Positions 1 through 9,399 are shown, counted from the first letter of the stretch. The stretch is DNA of 39,522 nucleotides from Chthoniobacteraceae bacterium (GCA_031409655.1 JANNXQ010000154.1:1-39522); one strand, 5' to 3'. Translations and numbers: made by a program. Notes: generated from the sequence alone by a model not told the origin.

Positions 1-1
1 T

Positions 2-40
2 GGCCTGAGCGTGAAGGCGATCGAAAGCACGCGGAAATAG
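2..40 (+). CDS. 3' end of an upstream CDS truncated by the window edge (product unknown)
   Basis: Frame 2 reads GLSVKAIESTRK-TAG with GC-rich codon usage; too short to identify. Confidence 0.4.
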   Translation, partial: GLSVKAIESTRK

Positions 41-71
41 GCGCGGCGGCGGCGGAAAATCCACTTCCCGC

Positions 72-99
72 TTGCGCGCGACGACGTGCGCTCTACGCT
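72..99 (+). promoter_or_regulatory. Possible sigma70-type promoter for purS (near-leaderless transcript)
   Basis: TTGCGC (72-77), 16-nt spacer, TACGCT (94-99), 10 nt before ATG 110; no Shine-Dalgarno. Confidence 0.3.
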
Positions 100-109
100 C
101 CCGCCCCTT

Positions 110-343
110 ATGAAAGCCACCGTGATCGTGATGCCGAAAAAGAGCGTGCTCGACCCGCAGGGAGTCGCCGTGCGGGACGCCGTTCACCATCATGGGCTGC
201 CCGCCGCGACGTCCGTGCGCGTGGGGAAATTCATCGAGATCGAACTCGATGGCACGCAGACCGAAGCCGCTCTCCACGAAGTCTGCCGAGACCTGCTGAG
301 CAATCCGGTGATCGAAGATTACGAGTTGAAGATCGAGAGCTGA
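110..343 (+). CDS. purS: Phosphoribosylformylglycinamidine synthase subunit PurS
   Basis: MKATVIVMPKKSVLDPQG...VRVGKFIEI...LLSNPVIEDY are PurS motifs (DPQG, NPVIE); upstream of purQ/purL; ATG 110 preferred over GTG 86. Confidence 0.96.
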   Translation: MKATVIVMPKKSVLDPQGVAVRDAVHHHGLPAATSVRVGKFIEIELDGTQTEAALHEVCRDLLSNPVIEDYELKIES

Positions 344-382
344 GACTCCGAGGGCGACGATCGCCAATCCTTCGCCATCCCG

Positions 383-574
383 ATGCTGTTTTTCCTCTGC
401 GTTCTTCTGCCACCCGTCGCCGTGCTGCTCACCGGGCGCATGGGAAGTTTTTTTCTCAGTCTCGTCCTCACGCTGCTCGGCTGGCTGCCCGGCGTCATCC
501 ACGCCTTCTTCGTCGTGAGTGATTACAAAAGCGAGCAGCGCCTCAACGCCCTGAAGAAGGAAATCCGCTCCTAG
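383..574 (+). CDS. YqaE/Pmp3 family small membrane protein
   Basis: LCVLLPPVAVLL...LVLTLLGWLPGVIHAFFVV is the Pmp3/UPF0057 signature; two hydrophobic segments, 63 aa. Confidence 0.9.
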   Translation: MLFFLCVLLPPVAVLLTGRMGSFFLSLVLTLLGWLPGVIHAFFVVSDYKSEQRLNALKKEIRS

Positions 575-577
575 CCG

Positions 578-598
578 CTCAACTCTCAACTCTCCACT
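578..598. repeat. Heptamer tandem repeat (CTCAACT)2-CTCCACT
   Basis: Read directly; fills most of the Pmp3-purQ gap. Confidence 0.75.
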
Positions 599-603
599 TT
601 CCC

Positions 604-1305
604 ATGAAGGCCGCCGTCATTCGTTTCCCAGGTTCCAATTGCGATCAAGACTGCGTCCTCGCGCTGCGCGAATTTGGCGTCGAGACGGACTTTGTCTGGC
701 ACAAGTCGGAGTCGCTCGCGGGTTACGATCTGATCGTGCTGCCCGGTGGATTTTCCTACGGCGACTATCTGCGCTGCGGCGCGATTGCGCGTTTCTCGCC
801 GATCATGAAAGCGGTGAAGGAAGCGGCCGCGAAAGGCACGCTGGTCCTCGGCATCTGTAATGGCTTCCAGATTCTCTGCGAAGCGGGCCTGCTCCCCGGC
901 GCACTCATCCGCAACCGCGACTTGCACTTTATCTGCGAGCACCGGTGGCTGCGCGTCGAGTCGGTTGCCAATGCCTTCCTCCACACCGGCCAGACGGGGC
1001 AGCTCCTGCACATCCCGATCGCCCACGGCGAAGGCTGCTACGTCGCCGATACCGCGACGCTCGGTGAACTGAACCGCCACGGCCGCGTGCTGCTGCGCTA
1101 CACCGACGAGGCCGGAACAACCAGCGAGGCCGGCAACCCCAACGGCTCGGCGCAAAACATCGCCGGCATCTGCAACGCCGCCCGCAATGTCTTCGGCCTG
1201 ATGCCTCACCCCGAACGCGCCTGCGACGCCCGCCTCGGCAGCACCGATGGGAAGCTGATCTTCGAAGCCATCCTGGAAACTCTCGGCGCGCGCAAAGCCG
1301 CTTGA
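604..1305 (+). CDS. purQ: Phosphoribosylformylglycinamidine synthase glutaminase subunit PurQ
   Basis: FPGSNCD, PGGFSYGDYLRCG, GICNGFQ (catalytic Cys), AHGEG, NPNGS, GLMPHPER. Confidence 0.98.
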   Translation: MKAAVIRFPGSNCDQDCVLALREFGVETDFVWHKSESLAGYDLIVLPGGFSYGDYLRCGAIARFSPIMKAVKEAAAKGTLVLGICNGFQILCEAGLLPGALIRNRDLHFICEHRWLRVESVANAFLHTGQTGQLLHIPIAHGEGCYVADTATLGELNRHGRVLLRYTDEAGTTSEAGNPNGSAQNIAGICNAARNVFGLMPHPERACDARLGSTDGKLIFEAILETLGARKAA

Positions 1306-1344
1306 TCCCACCTTCGCCCCGACGCCTTTCGCTAAAACTTTCCT

Positions 1345-3573
1345 ATGTCCGCTGATCCCGCCATCACCCCAGAACTCATCGCCAAACACGGTCTCACGCC
1401 GGACGAGTATGCGCGCATCGAGACGATCCTCGACCGGGCGCCGAATTTCACCGAGCTCGGCATCTTCTCGGTGATGTGGAGCGAGCACTGTTCGTATAAG
1501 AACTCGAAGCCGGAGTTGCGGAAATTTCCGACGACGGGCGAAGGGGTGCTGGTGAAGGCGGGCGAGGAGAATGCGGGGGTCATCGACATCGGCGACGGGT
1601 GGGCCGTGGCCTTCAAGATGGAGAGCCACAATCATCCGAGCGCGATCGAGCCCTTTCAAGGTGCCGCCACGGGAGTGGGCGGGATCATTCGCGACATTTT
1701 CACCATGGGCGCGCGGCCGGTCTTCTCGATGAATTCACTGCGCTTCGGGCCGATCACCGGCGACGGGGCGAATGTGCAGACGAACCGGCGGCTCTTCGCC
1801 GGAGTGGTCGCGGGCATCGCGCACTACGGGAACTGCATCGGCATCCCGACCATCGGCGGGGAGATATATTTTGACGAATGTTACGAGGGCAATCCGCTCG
1901 TGAACGTCTTCAATCTCGGCGTGCTGCGGCACGAGCAAATCGCCCTCGGGGCGGCGAAGGGCGTGGGAAATCCGGTCTTCTATGTGGGTGCGGAGACGGG
2001 GCGGGACGGGCTGGCAGGAGCGGCTTTTGCATCGCGAGAATTGACGGAAGAATCAAAGCAAGATCGTCCGGCGGTTCAGGTTGGCGATCCTTTCAAGGAA
2101 AAGCTCCTGCTCGAGGCGTGCCTGGAACTGCTCGCCACGGATGCCGTCGCCGGCATTCAGGATATGGGTGCGGCGGGACTCACTTGTTCAACCTGCGAGA
2201 CGGCGAGCCGCGGCGGCACGGGCGTGGAGATCGATCTGGAAAAAGTGCCGCGGCGCGAGACCGGGATGACGCCTTACGAGACCATGCTCAGCGAGTCGCA
2301 GGAGCGGATGCTGATCATCGTGAAGAAGGGCCACGAGCAGACGGTGCGCGACATTTTCGAGAAGTGGGACCTGCCGTATGCGGAAGTCGGCTCGGTGAAA
2401 GATGACGGGATGATGCGGGTGAAGGTCGGGAGCAAGACGGTGGTTGAGATTCCCGCGCGCAAGCTCGCGGACGATGCGCCGATCTACCAACGCGAGGTCG
2501 CGCCGCGGGCAGTGCCGGCTCCGCTGGATCTCGCGTCTGTGCCGGAAGCCGATGCGCGGGAAGCGCTGCTGGCGCTCCTCGCCCATCCGAGCATCGCGTC
2601 GAAGAACTGGGTCTATCGGCAATACGATCACACGGTGCGCGCCGGGACGATGGTCGCGCCGGGATCGGATGCCGCGGTCTTTCTGGTGCGCGAGGCGGGG
2701 AAGATTCTCGCCGCGACCACAGACTGCAACGCACTCTACTGCGCGCTCGAGCCACGCGAAGGTGCGCGGATCGCGATTGCCGAAGCGGCGCGCAATCTCG
2801 CCTGCACCGGCGCGATCCCGCTGGCGGTCACGGACAACCTGAACTTTGGCAATCCGCACAAGCCGGATAATTTCTGGCAGCTCCGGGAATGCGTGGAAGG
2901 ACTCGCGGAAGGCTGCCGCGCTTTCGGCACGCCGGTCACGGGCGGAAATGTCAGCCTGTACAATGAGAACCCCGCGGGTGCGATCGACCCGACGCCGACG
3001 GTCGGCATGGTCGGGCTCATCGCGGATGAACGGCATGTCACAACGTCCTTTTTCAAACACGCGGGTGACGTGATCCTGCTCGTCGGCCCGCTGGGCGATG
3101 AACTCGGGGCGTCGCACTATCTCCACGTCGTGCATGGCCGGAAGGAAGGGCGGGTGCCAAAGATGGACTTTGAAAAAGAGAAGGCGGTGCAGGATGCGGT
3201 GCGCGCGCTGATCAAGTCGCGACTGGTGAAGAGCGCGCACGATTGCAGCGAAGGCGGGCTCGCGGTCGCGCTGGCGGAGAGTTGCATCGGCGCGCCAAAG
3301 CAGATCGGGGCGAGCATCGAACTCGGCGCGACCGGCCTCCGACTGGATCAGGCGCTCTTCAATGAGTCGCAGTCGCGCATCGTCATCAGCGTCACCGCCG
3401 CGAATGCCAGCGCCGTCCTCGCGATGCTGGAATGGCGCGGCGTCTCGGCGACGCGGCTCGGAACCGTCGGCGGGACGGAGCTGAAGATCGCCGCGAATGG
3501 CGCGAATCTAAACTGGCCCGTCGCCGATTTGCGCGACGCCTGGTACGGCGCCATTGAGCGCGCGATGGCGTAA
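1345..3573 (+). CDS. purL: Phosphoribosylformylglycinamidine synthase subunit PurL (small form)
   Basis: [70 protein letters not shown]. Confidence 0.98.
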   Translation: MSADPAITPELIAKHGLTPDEYARIETILDRAPNFTELGIFSVMWSEHCSYKNSKPELRKFPTTGEGVLVKAGEENAGVIDIGDGWAVAFKMESHNHPSAIEPFQGAATGVGGIIRDIFTMGARPVFSMNSLRFGPITGDGANVQTNRRLFAGVVAGIAHYGNCIGIPTIGGEIYFDECYEGNPLVNVFNLGVLRHEQIALGAAKGVGNPVFYVGAETGRDGLAGAAFASRELTEESKQDRPAVQVGDPFKEKLLLEACLELLATDAVAGIQDMGAAGLTCSTCETASRGGTGVEIDLEKVPRRETGMTPYETMLSESQERMLIIVKKGHEQTVRDIFEKWDLPYAEVGSVKDDGMMRVKVGSKTVVEIPARKLADDAPIYQREVAPRAVPAPLDLASVPEADAREALLALLAHPSIASKNWVYRQYDHTVRAGTMVAPGSDAAVFLVREAGKILAATTDCNALYCALEPREGARIAIAEAARNLACTGAIPLAVTDNLNFGNPHKPDNFWQLRECVEGLAEGCRAFGTPVTGGNVSLYNENPAGAIDPTPTVGMVGLIADERHVTTSFFKHAGDVILLVGPLGDELGASHYLHVVHGRKEGRVPKMDFEKEKAVQDAVRALIKSRLVKSAHDCSEGGLAVALAESCIGAPKQIGASIELGATGLRLDQALFNESQSRIVISVTAANASAVLAMLEWRGVSATRLGTVGGTELKIAANGANLNWPVADLRDAWYGAIERAMA

Positions 3574-3617
3574 CTGCGCGTCCCGATGATCCGGCGCGCA
3601 GGATCGTCCCTTACGCC

Positions 3618-4655
3618 ATGACCTACGATGTCGTGATCGTGGGAGCCGGTCCGGGCGGGAGCACCTGCGCCGCCCTGTGCGCGACCGCTGGCTGGAAGAC
3701 TCTGCTGCTCGATCGCGCGACTTTTCCCCGGGACAAAGTGTGCGGTGATTGCGTGAACCCGGCGTGCTGGCCGATCCTCGACCGTCTCGGGGTAAGCGAG
3801 CAGTTGCTCACGCAGCCGCACGCCCGGCTCGCCGCGGTGGAATTCATCGGACTCGATGGCCGAAACGTGCTGCTTCCCCTCCCTACCGAAGGGCGCGGGG
3901 AAATCGCCATCAGCCGCAAGCTGCTCGATGAGACTTTGCTCCAGCGAGCCATCGCCGCCGGAGCGGAGGTGCGGCAGGAGACGACCGTCACGGGCATCGC
4001 GGCGGGATGGAAGATCGAGACGAACCGAGGAGCATTTTCCGCACGTCATTTGGTCGGCGCGGATGGCCGCAACTCCACCGTCGCGCGCCTGCTCGATCTC
4101 CTGCCACCCGCGCTGCGGGACCGCGTCGGCCTGCAAACGCACGCACCGGACGCCGTCGGTTTCGGGGATAAGGTGGCGTTGCAGTTTCTGCCGCACGGCT
4201 ATGCGGGGATCGCCGGAATCGGCGGCGGCGCGCTGAATCTCTGCGTCGTCGCTCGCGGCCCGCATCTTGAAGAGTTGCAGGCCTGGGCCGCGGACCGCTT
4301 CAAACTACCGCCCGAGCAAGCGTGGCGGTCCATGACTCCCCTCGCCCGCCGCCCGATCCCAGCGCAGCACGGCAGCCTGCTTTTCGTCGGCGACGCCGCA
4401 CGCGTCGTCGAACCCTTCACCGGCGAAGGCATCTACTACGCGCTGGCCAGTGGCACCCTGGCCGCCGACTGCCTCACGAAGGATCGCCTCCCGGACTACG
4501 CCGCCAGCCATGCCGCCTTGTATCGCGGGCGACTGTGGATCAATCGCCTCGCCAAAGCCGCCGTGCTTTCACCGCGACTCTCGAGCGCGATGCTGGCCAT
4601 CGCGCGAGTGCGCCCATCGCTTCTGCGTTTTCTCACGACGAAGGTCGTGCGGTGA
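3618..4655 (+). CDS. NAD(P)/FAD-dependent oxidoreductase (geranylgeranyl reductase/FixC-like)
   Basis: GAGPGG Rossmann motif, FPRDKVCGDC, GADGRNS, VGDAARVVEPFTGEGI. Confidence 0.88.
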   Translation: MTYDVVIVGAGPGGSTCAALCATAGWKTLLLDRATFPRDKVCGDCVNPACWPILDRLGVSEQLLTQPHARLAAVEFIGLDGRNVLLPLPTEGRGEIAISRKLLDETLLQRAIAAGAEVRQETTVTGIAAGWKIETNRGAFSARHLVGADGRNSTVARLLDLLPPALRDRVGLQTHAPDAVGFGDKVALQFLPHGYAGIAGIGGGALNLCVVARGPHLEELQAWAADRFKLPPEQAWRSMTPLARRPIPAQHGSLLFVGDAARVVEPFTGEGIYYALASGTLAADCLTKDRLPDYAASHAALYRGRLWINRLAKAAVLSPRLSSAMLAIARVRPSLLRFLTTKVVR

Positions 4656-4668
4656 GCCGTGGTGACTT

Positions 4669-4732
4669 CAAGGAGCAGGGGTGCCCTCGGCCCCAAAGGA
4701 TCTCCTCGGGGCGAGGGCGCCCCTGCTCCTTG
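4669..4732. repeat. REP doublet (REPIN-like palindrome), family A copy 1
   Basis: CAAGGAGCAGGGGTGCCCTCGGCCCC...GGGGCGAGGGCGCCCCTGCTCCTTG inverted repeat between convergent stop codons; homologous to 25508-25570 and 37389-37450. Confidence 0.88.
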
Positions 4733-4736
4733 GGCG

Positions 4737-5699
4737 CTACTCGTCGCCGGCGAATTCGCCCACGCGGCGAAATTTTTCGTAGCGCTGGCGGAGCAACTCG
4801 TCGGTGGGAATCTTGCAAATCTCGTCGAGATGCGCAGCGACGGCGGAGCGGAGGTTGGTGATCGCGGTGTCGTGATTTTGGTGCGCGCCGCCGAGCGGTT
4901 CGGGGATGATTTCGTCGATCACTTTCAGCTCCAGCAGATCGCGCGCGGTGAGCTTCAGCGCAGCGGCGGCCTCAGGGGCATGCTGGCGGTGCTTCCAGAG
5001 GATCGCGGCGCAACCTTCCGGGCTGATCACCGAGTAGTAGGCATTTTCCAGCATGAGCACGCGGTCGGCAACGCCGATGCCGAGCGCACCACCGCTGCCA
5101 CCTTCCCCGATGACCACGGCGACGATCGGCGTGCGCAGGACCATCATCTCGCGCAAATTCACGGCGATGGCTTCGCTGATGTGGCGCTCTTCGCTGCCGA
5201 CGCCGGGATAGGCCCCGGGGGTATCGATGAGCGAGACGAGCGGGAGGCTGAATTTTTCCGCGAGACGCATCATCCGGAGGGCCTTGCGGTAGCCTTCGGG
5301 ATTGGCGCAGCCAAAGTTGCGCCGGATGTTTTCCTTCAGCTCGCGGCCTTTCTGATGCCCGACGACCACGCACTTTCGATCGCCCAGCGTGACGAAACCG
5401 CCGGGCATCGCGCGGTCCTCGCCGAAGCAGCGGTCGCCGTGCATCTCGACGAAATTTGAGAAGGCGAGATTGATGTAATCGAGCGCATAAGGCCGGGCGT
5501 TGTGCCGGGCGATCTGGACGCGCTGCCAGGCCGTGAGGTTTTCGTAAATCGCGCGCCGGGTGTCCTCGAGCTTCTCCTCCATCCGCCGCACCTCGGTTTC
5601 GAGATTCACGTCATGCGCCTTCGAGTGACTCTTCAGATCGGCGATCTTTTCTTCGAGTTCGATGATCGGTTTTTCAAATTCGAGCGGCTGGAGTTTCAT
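4737..5699 (-). CDS. accA: Acetyl-CoA carboxylase carboxyltransferase alpha subunit
   Basis: LEFEKPI, WQRVQIARH..RP, HGDR, GHQKGR, PEGYRKALR, IDTPGAYPG, GEGGSGGALG, YSVISPEGCAAILW. Confidence 0.98.
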   Translation of the reverse strand: MKLQPLEFEKPIIELEEKIADLKSHSKAHDVNLETEVRRMEEKLEDTRRAIYENLTAWQRVQIARHNARPYALDYINLAFSNFVEMHGDRCFGEDRAMPGGFVTLGDRKCVVVGHQKGRELKENIRRNFGCANPEGYRKALRMMRLAEKFSLPLVSLIDTPGAYPGVGSEERHISEAIAVNLREMMVLRTPIVAVVIGEGGSGGALGIGVADRVLMLENAYYSVISPEGCAAILWKHRQHAPEAAAALKLTARDLLELKVIDEIIPEPLGGAHQNHDTAITNLRSAVAAHLDEICKIPTDELLRQRYEKFRRVGEFAGDE

Positions 5700-5715
5700 G
5701 GGCTGGAGGAGAAAG

Positions 5716-6573
5716 CTATTCGACGGTGACGGGATCGTTCTTGCGGAGGACGGCGGCGAGTTCAGGCATGGCCTCGGGGGCGAGGGCGACCCCGTTCGGC
5801 GGCTTGTGAGCGGCGGGTTCGCCCTCCGCAGGCGGGCTGTACAGGGTGTAGCTGGGAATGCTGAGCTGAATCCAGTGCGAAGCAGTGGCGTAGCTTTTAT
5901 CGGCGAAGTTCACGATCTGGCCGTCCACCCATGAGAGCTTGCCGGCGACTCGTCCGGTGAGCTTGGGCGCGGGACCCGGCGCCCCTTTTTTCGCCACCTG
6001 CACGGGCCACGACTGGATGGCGTATTGGCGGAAATATTTTCCTCCGTTGAAGAGGATGACCTTGTTCCGCTTGCGGCTGATGACTACGGAAAATTCCGTC
6101 GTCGGGATAGAGAGCCTCTGCTCGATCCGCAGGTTGTGGGTCGAAAGATTGTTCGCGCGCATGATCGCCTCCGGCGTGCTCTTGGTCTTGTTCGCCACCC
6201 GATTCAGCACGTCGCCGGAACGCACGATGTAGAACTGCTTTTCCGGGGCCGCCACCGGCGTGAGCAGGATGCGGGCATTCACTTCACCGAGCGCATCGCG
6301 CGCGTCCTCGAGCTTCGTGGAGTCCGGGTATTCGGAGAGGAAAACTTCGAGACTTTTCCGCGCTTCGAGCCACTTGCCTGCCTGCTTGATCTCGAGCGCC
6401 TTGGCGAGTTCGGGCAGCGACTCATCCGGCGGCGGCGGCTCAGGCGGGAGCTGCTTCTCATCGGCAATCTGCTTTTTCGGAGCGAGGAAAAGCTTGTTGG
6501 TATAAAACCAGACGCCGCCGGCGATCGCCGCGGTCAGCAGCAGGAGGACGAGGGCTTTGAGGGCGAGGCGCAA
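5716..6573 (-). CDS. Membrane-anchored LysM protein with TPR-like segment and degenerate L,D-transpeptidase (YkuD)-like C-terminal domain
   Basis: N-terminal TM helix; LysM YIVRSGDVLNRVANKTKSTPEAIMRANNL...RIEQRLSIP; then FSVVISRKRNKVILFNGGKYFRQYAI, typical of a YkuD N-terminus; TTG start. Confidence 0.8.
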   Translation of the reverse strand: MRLALKALVLLLLTAAIAGGVWFYTNKLFLAPKKQIADEKQLPPEPPPPDESLPELAKALEIKQAGKWLEARKSLEVFLSEYPDSTKLEDARDALGEVNARILLTPVAAPEKQFYIVRSGDVLNRVANKTKSTPEAIMRANNLSTHNLRIEQRLSIPTTEFSVVISRKRNKVILFNGGKYFRQYAIQSWPVQVAKKGAPGPAPKLTGRVAGKLSWVDGQIVNFADKSYATASHWIQLSIPSYTLYSPPAEGEPAAHKPPNGVALAPEAMPELAAVLRKNDPVTVE

Positions 6574-6588
6574 GGGAGGCTAGGGTTG

Positions 6589-6613
6589 GGACGATGGACG
6601 ATGGGATAGATGG
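6589..6613. repeat. Degenerate heptamer tandem repeat (GGACGAT)2-GGGATAGATGG
   Basis: Read directly in the intergenic gap upstream of the LysM gene. Confidence 0.5.
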
Positions 6614-6671
6614 GCGACTGCGGCCCGCCGGGCAATCGTTCTCTTCGCAGACCGACGCGCCCCACCGGCCG

Positions 6672-7196
6672 TCACAGCAGGCCGCGCCGACGCCAGTCGC
6701 CGAGATTATCCGGCGCGGAGGACTCGATCATGTCCGAGGCAAACTTCAGCAGGCAGACCTCCCAGCCTTCATCCACGCCCTGGATGATCGCGCTGAGCGG
6801 ATCTTCGCTCCGGTCCACCTCTTCATTCAGCCTGCCGAGCACCTGCGCGAGCGGGCTATGCACCACGGATTCGGTGACATTCGTCTTCCGAAATTTGAAC
6901 CCGTACTTGAGCACCGCGAGCTGCGGCGCGTGTTCCCGCAGCCAGTTCATGAACTCCCCGGCACGCTCGCCGAAGTCCTCATCCAGGGCGCGATGCAGAT
7001 AGTCGGGAGTGATGAGTTGGGGCCGCTCGGCATGGAGTTGACCGTCGCGGACGCGGATCTGGTCCACGCCATCCATGAGTTCGGAAACGAGGAAGAAACG
7101 AAAACTTGTCTGGCCAAAGGTGTCGATCCGCCGCTGCGGCGCGCGAATGATCTGGGTGTTTTCGACCGCGTAATGAAAGGAGTCCTCGTTCAGCAT
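6672..7196 (-). CDS. Hypothetical protein (174 aa, soluble)
   Basis: ATG-started ORF with natural amino-acid composition, co-oriented between lgt and the LysM gene. Confidence 0.8.
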   Translation of the reverse strand: MLNEDSFHYAVENTQIIRAPQRRIDTFGQTSFRFFLVSELMDGVDQIRVRDGQLHAERPQLITPDYLHRALDEDFGERAGEFMNWLREHAPQLAVLKYGFKFRKTNVTESVVHSPLAQVLGRLNEEVDRSEDPLSAIIQGVDEGWEVCLLKFASDMIESSAPDNLGDWRRRGLL

Positions 7197-7312
7197 TTCG
7201 GGATTCTGGATGGGTGGAGCTTCGGAAAAGGATTTGGGCGAAAGCGCAGTTCCGGTGAGGCGTGTGATTGACGGATCGGGCTGCCGGGCGCGCCCACTAC
7301 TAGCCGTGATCC

Positions 7313-7334
7313 CTCAACTCTCAACCTTTCAACT
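7313..7334. repeat. Heptamer tandem repeat CTCAACT-CTCAACC-(T)TTCAACT overlapping the lgt stop codon
   Basis: Same unit as 578-598; encodes the lgt C-terminus KLKG-TGA on the minus strand. Confidence 0.65.
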
Positions 7335-8244
7335 TCGTCTCGTACTCCTGCGCCCGCAGTCCCCAGACCAGGAAGCACGCGCCAATGAGGAACATGAAAA
7401 GGGACAAAAATTGCCCGGCGGAAAAGAGCCCCACGTGCCACGCCGGATCGCGCTCGCGGAAAAATTCGCCGGCAATGCGCAGGCCTGCGTAGAGGATGAA
7501 AAAGGCGCCGGTGAGCACGCCGCGCGGCACCTTCATCTTCGTGCGCAGCCACCAGAGTGCGGCAAAGAGGACCACACCTTCCAGGAGCGCTTCGTAGATC
7601 TGCGAGGGATGCCGGGGCGGCAGCACTTCCCGGAGCCGGGCGGCGATGGCGGGATCGGTGCGGGCCTGCTCGATGAGATCGTGCGCCGAGATGTGTCCCT
7701 CGGCCCCAGCCGCCCGAGCGAGGTCCGGTTTATCGAGGAGTTCCGTGGGAAACTGCACCGCCCAGGCCACCTGCGCGATGCGACCGTAGAGCTCACCATT
7801 GATGAAGTTTGCCAGCCGCACCAGACAGATGCCGATGGGCGCGACGACCACCAGGCAATCCCCCAGACTCGTCCACGACACCCGATGGCGGCGCGAAAAG
7901 TAGTAAGTATACATGATCAGGCCCAGGATCCCGCCGTGGCTGGACATCCCGCCTTCCCAGACCCGGAGCATCTGCCAGGGATTCTCCAGCATCGCGTGGA
8001 GATCGTAGAAAAGGATGTAGCCCAACCGGCCCCCGAGCATGACGCCAAAGATGGCTGCCCAGGTGATGAAGTCGGCCACCTTCTCCGGCGGCAAATCCGT
8101 GTAGCGCTGCCGGGCCAGCCAAAGGTAGAGGCGATAGCCGAGCAGGAAGGCGAGCACGTAGGCCAGCCCATACCAGCGGAGGCCGATCCCATTCCGGAGC
8201 TCGACGATGAAGGGGCTGAAGTGATGAAGAAAGTACGCGAGCAA
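7321..8244 (-). CDS. lgt: Prolipoprotein diacylglyceryl transferase
   Basis: LRWYGLAY, GGRLGYILFY, VWEGGMSSHGG, RLANFINGELYGR, RHPSQIYEA, EFFRE; probable TTG start at 8244 (the 719-aa ORF call is over-extended). Confidence 0.95.
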   Translation of the reverse strand: MLAYFLHHFSPFIVELRNGIGLRWYGLAYVLAFLLGYRLYLWLARQRYTDLPPEKVADFITWAAIFGVMLGGRLGYILFYDLHAMLENPWQMLRVWEGGMSSHGGILGLIMYTYYFSRRHRVSWTSLGDCLVVVAPIGICLVRLANFINGELYGRIAQVAWAVQFPTELLDKPDLARAAGAEGHISAHDLIEQARTDPAIAARLREVLPPRHPSQIYEALLEGVVLFAALWWLRTKMKVPRGVLTGAFFILYAGLRIAGEFFRERDPAWHVGLFSAGQFLSLFMFLIGACFLVWGLRAQEYETKLKG

Positions 8245-8407
8245 GGGCTGTAGAGTTGAGCGTTCACAGGCAGCGGTGGGAAGCGGGAAGTGCAGGCGCT
8301 GGCATATCCGCTGCTCCGTCTCGAGGAGCAGAATCACCCCAGAAGGCCGCGCCGCCAGCCGGGCCTTCCAAGGCGCGATTCCTGTCGCCAGGGGGCAAAA
8401 AATCCCC

Positions 8408-8436
8408 TTGCGAGCCTCCGGTGCCTCCCTTAATAG
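8408..8436 (+). promoter_or_regulatory. Possible sigma70-type promoter for the 8455 gene
   Basis: TTGCGA, 17-nt spacer, TAATAG, preceded by an A-tract, in the divergent intergenic region. Confidence 0.25.
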
Positions 8437-8454
8437 GCGAGCCCAACCGAGACC

Positions 8455-9399
8455 ATGAAAGTCTTTCCGCTCGTCATCGGCCTTAGCTTTATCGCTCTCG
8501 TCACCGCCCCTTCCCCGGCGGCGAATCCTTACGAAAGCAGCGCGGCTTTTGAAAGATATGCCCGCACCCTCCGGGAGAGCGCGCTCGTGAAGCTCGAGCC
8601 GCGCATCGAGCTTCCCACCCAGGCCAGCCCCCTCTCGACAACCGAGAAGTACCCTTGGAAACGCGGGATCGTCACCACGATCTTCTGGGTCGGCGAATCC
8701 GCCGCGCAGAATAATCCAGTACACAATTTCTCCAGCTCCTGGGACGTCGCCTGGTGGCGGACCTTCGGCGGCTTCGACGATCCCGATCCGGACGGGCGCA
8801 TCGCCAATCGCAAGACCGGCGACTTTCGACCCGCGAAATTCATCCCGCAGCTCAATCCCTTTTACTTTGCCCTCCCCTACAACGACGTCTCCGGCGGGCA
8901 GCACAAACCCGAGGCCAGCAAGGTCATCCCGTGGTTCCAGGAGGCCTACACGGAGCGCGGAAAGTCCGTCGTCAAGGACCGCTGGATCTGCATCCGCAAT
9001 CGCGCCGGCACCGAGTGCTACGCGCAGTGGGGCGACTGCGGTCCCTTCCGCACGGACCACTACAACTACGTCTTCGGAAATGAAAGACCGAAGCCGAATC
9101 TGAACCAGGGTGCGGGGCTGGATATCTCCCCCGCCGTCCGCGATTTCCTCGGCTTCCGGGGAAATGGCGTCACCGACTGGCGCTTCGTGGAAGCGCGCGA
9201 AGTACCGATGGGACCGTGGGCTCGCTACGGCGAAAACAACGACGCCGCCCGCCGCCTCCGCAATCAGCCCGAACGCCTGGCCAGCGTCGTCACCACCGTC
9301 AAATCCCGCCAACCCGCTCCCACTCCCGCACCCGCTCCGGTGCTGCCAAAGGTCACGTCTCCCTCCGGTCCCGTGATCGACCTCCCCACCAACCGCTAG
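8455..9399 (+). CDS. Secreted hypothetical protein, possible RlpA-like double-psi beta-barrel
   Basis: Sec signal peptide MKVFPLVIGLSFIALVTAPSPAA; YAQWGDCGP...GLDISPAVRDFLG resembles the DPBB D-x-G-P / D-L-S-x-A motifs; Pro-rich tail. Confidence 0.75.
   Translation: MKVFPLVIGLSFIALVTAPSPAANPYESSAAFERYARTLRESALVKLEPRIELPTQASPLSTTEKYPWKRGIVTTIFWVGESAAQNNPVHNFSSSWDVAWWRTFGGFDDPDPDGRIANRKTGDFRPAKFIPQLNPFYFALPYNDVSGGQHKPEASKVIPWFQEAYTERGKSVVKDRWICIRNRAGTECYAQWGDCGPFRTDHYNYVFGNERPKPNLNQGAGLDISPAVRDFLGFRGNGVTDWRFVEAREVPMGPWARYGENNDAARRLRNQPERLASVVTTVKSRQPAPTPAPAPVLPKVTSPSGPVIDLPTNR

Noticed and set aside
41..109. Purine-related riboswitch upstream of purS
   Set aside because: The region is under 70 nt, includes a putative promoter, and shows no recognisable aptamer
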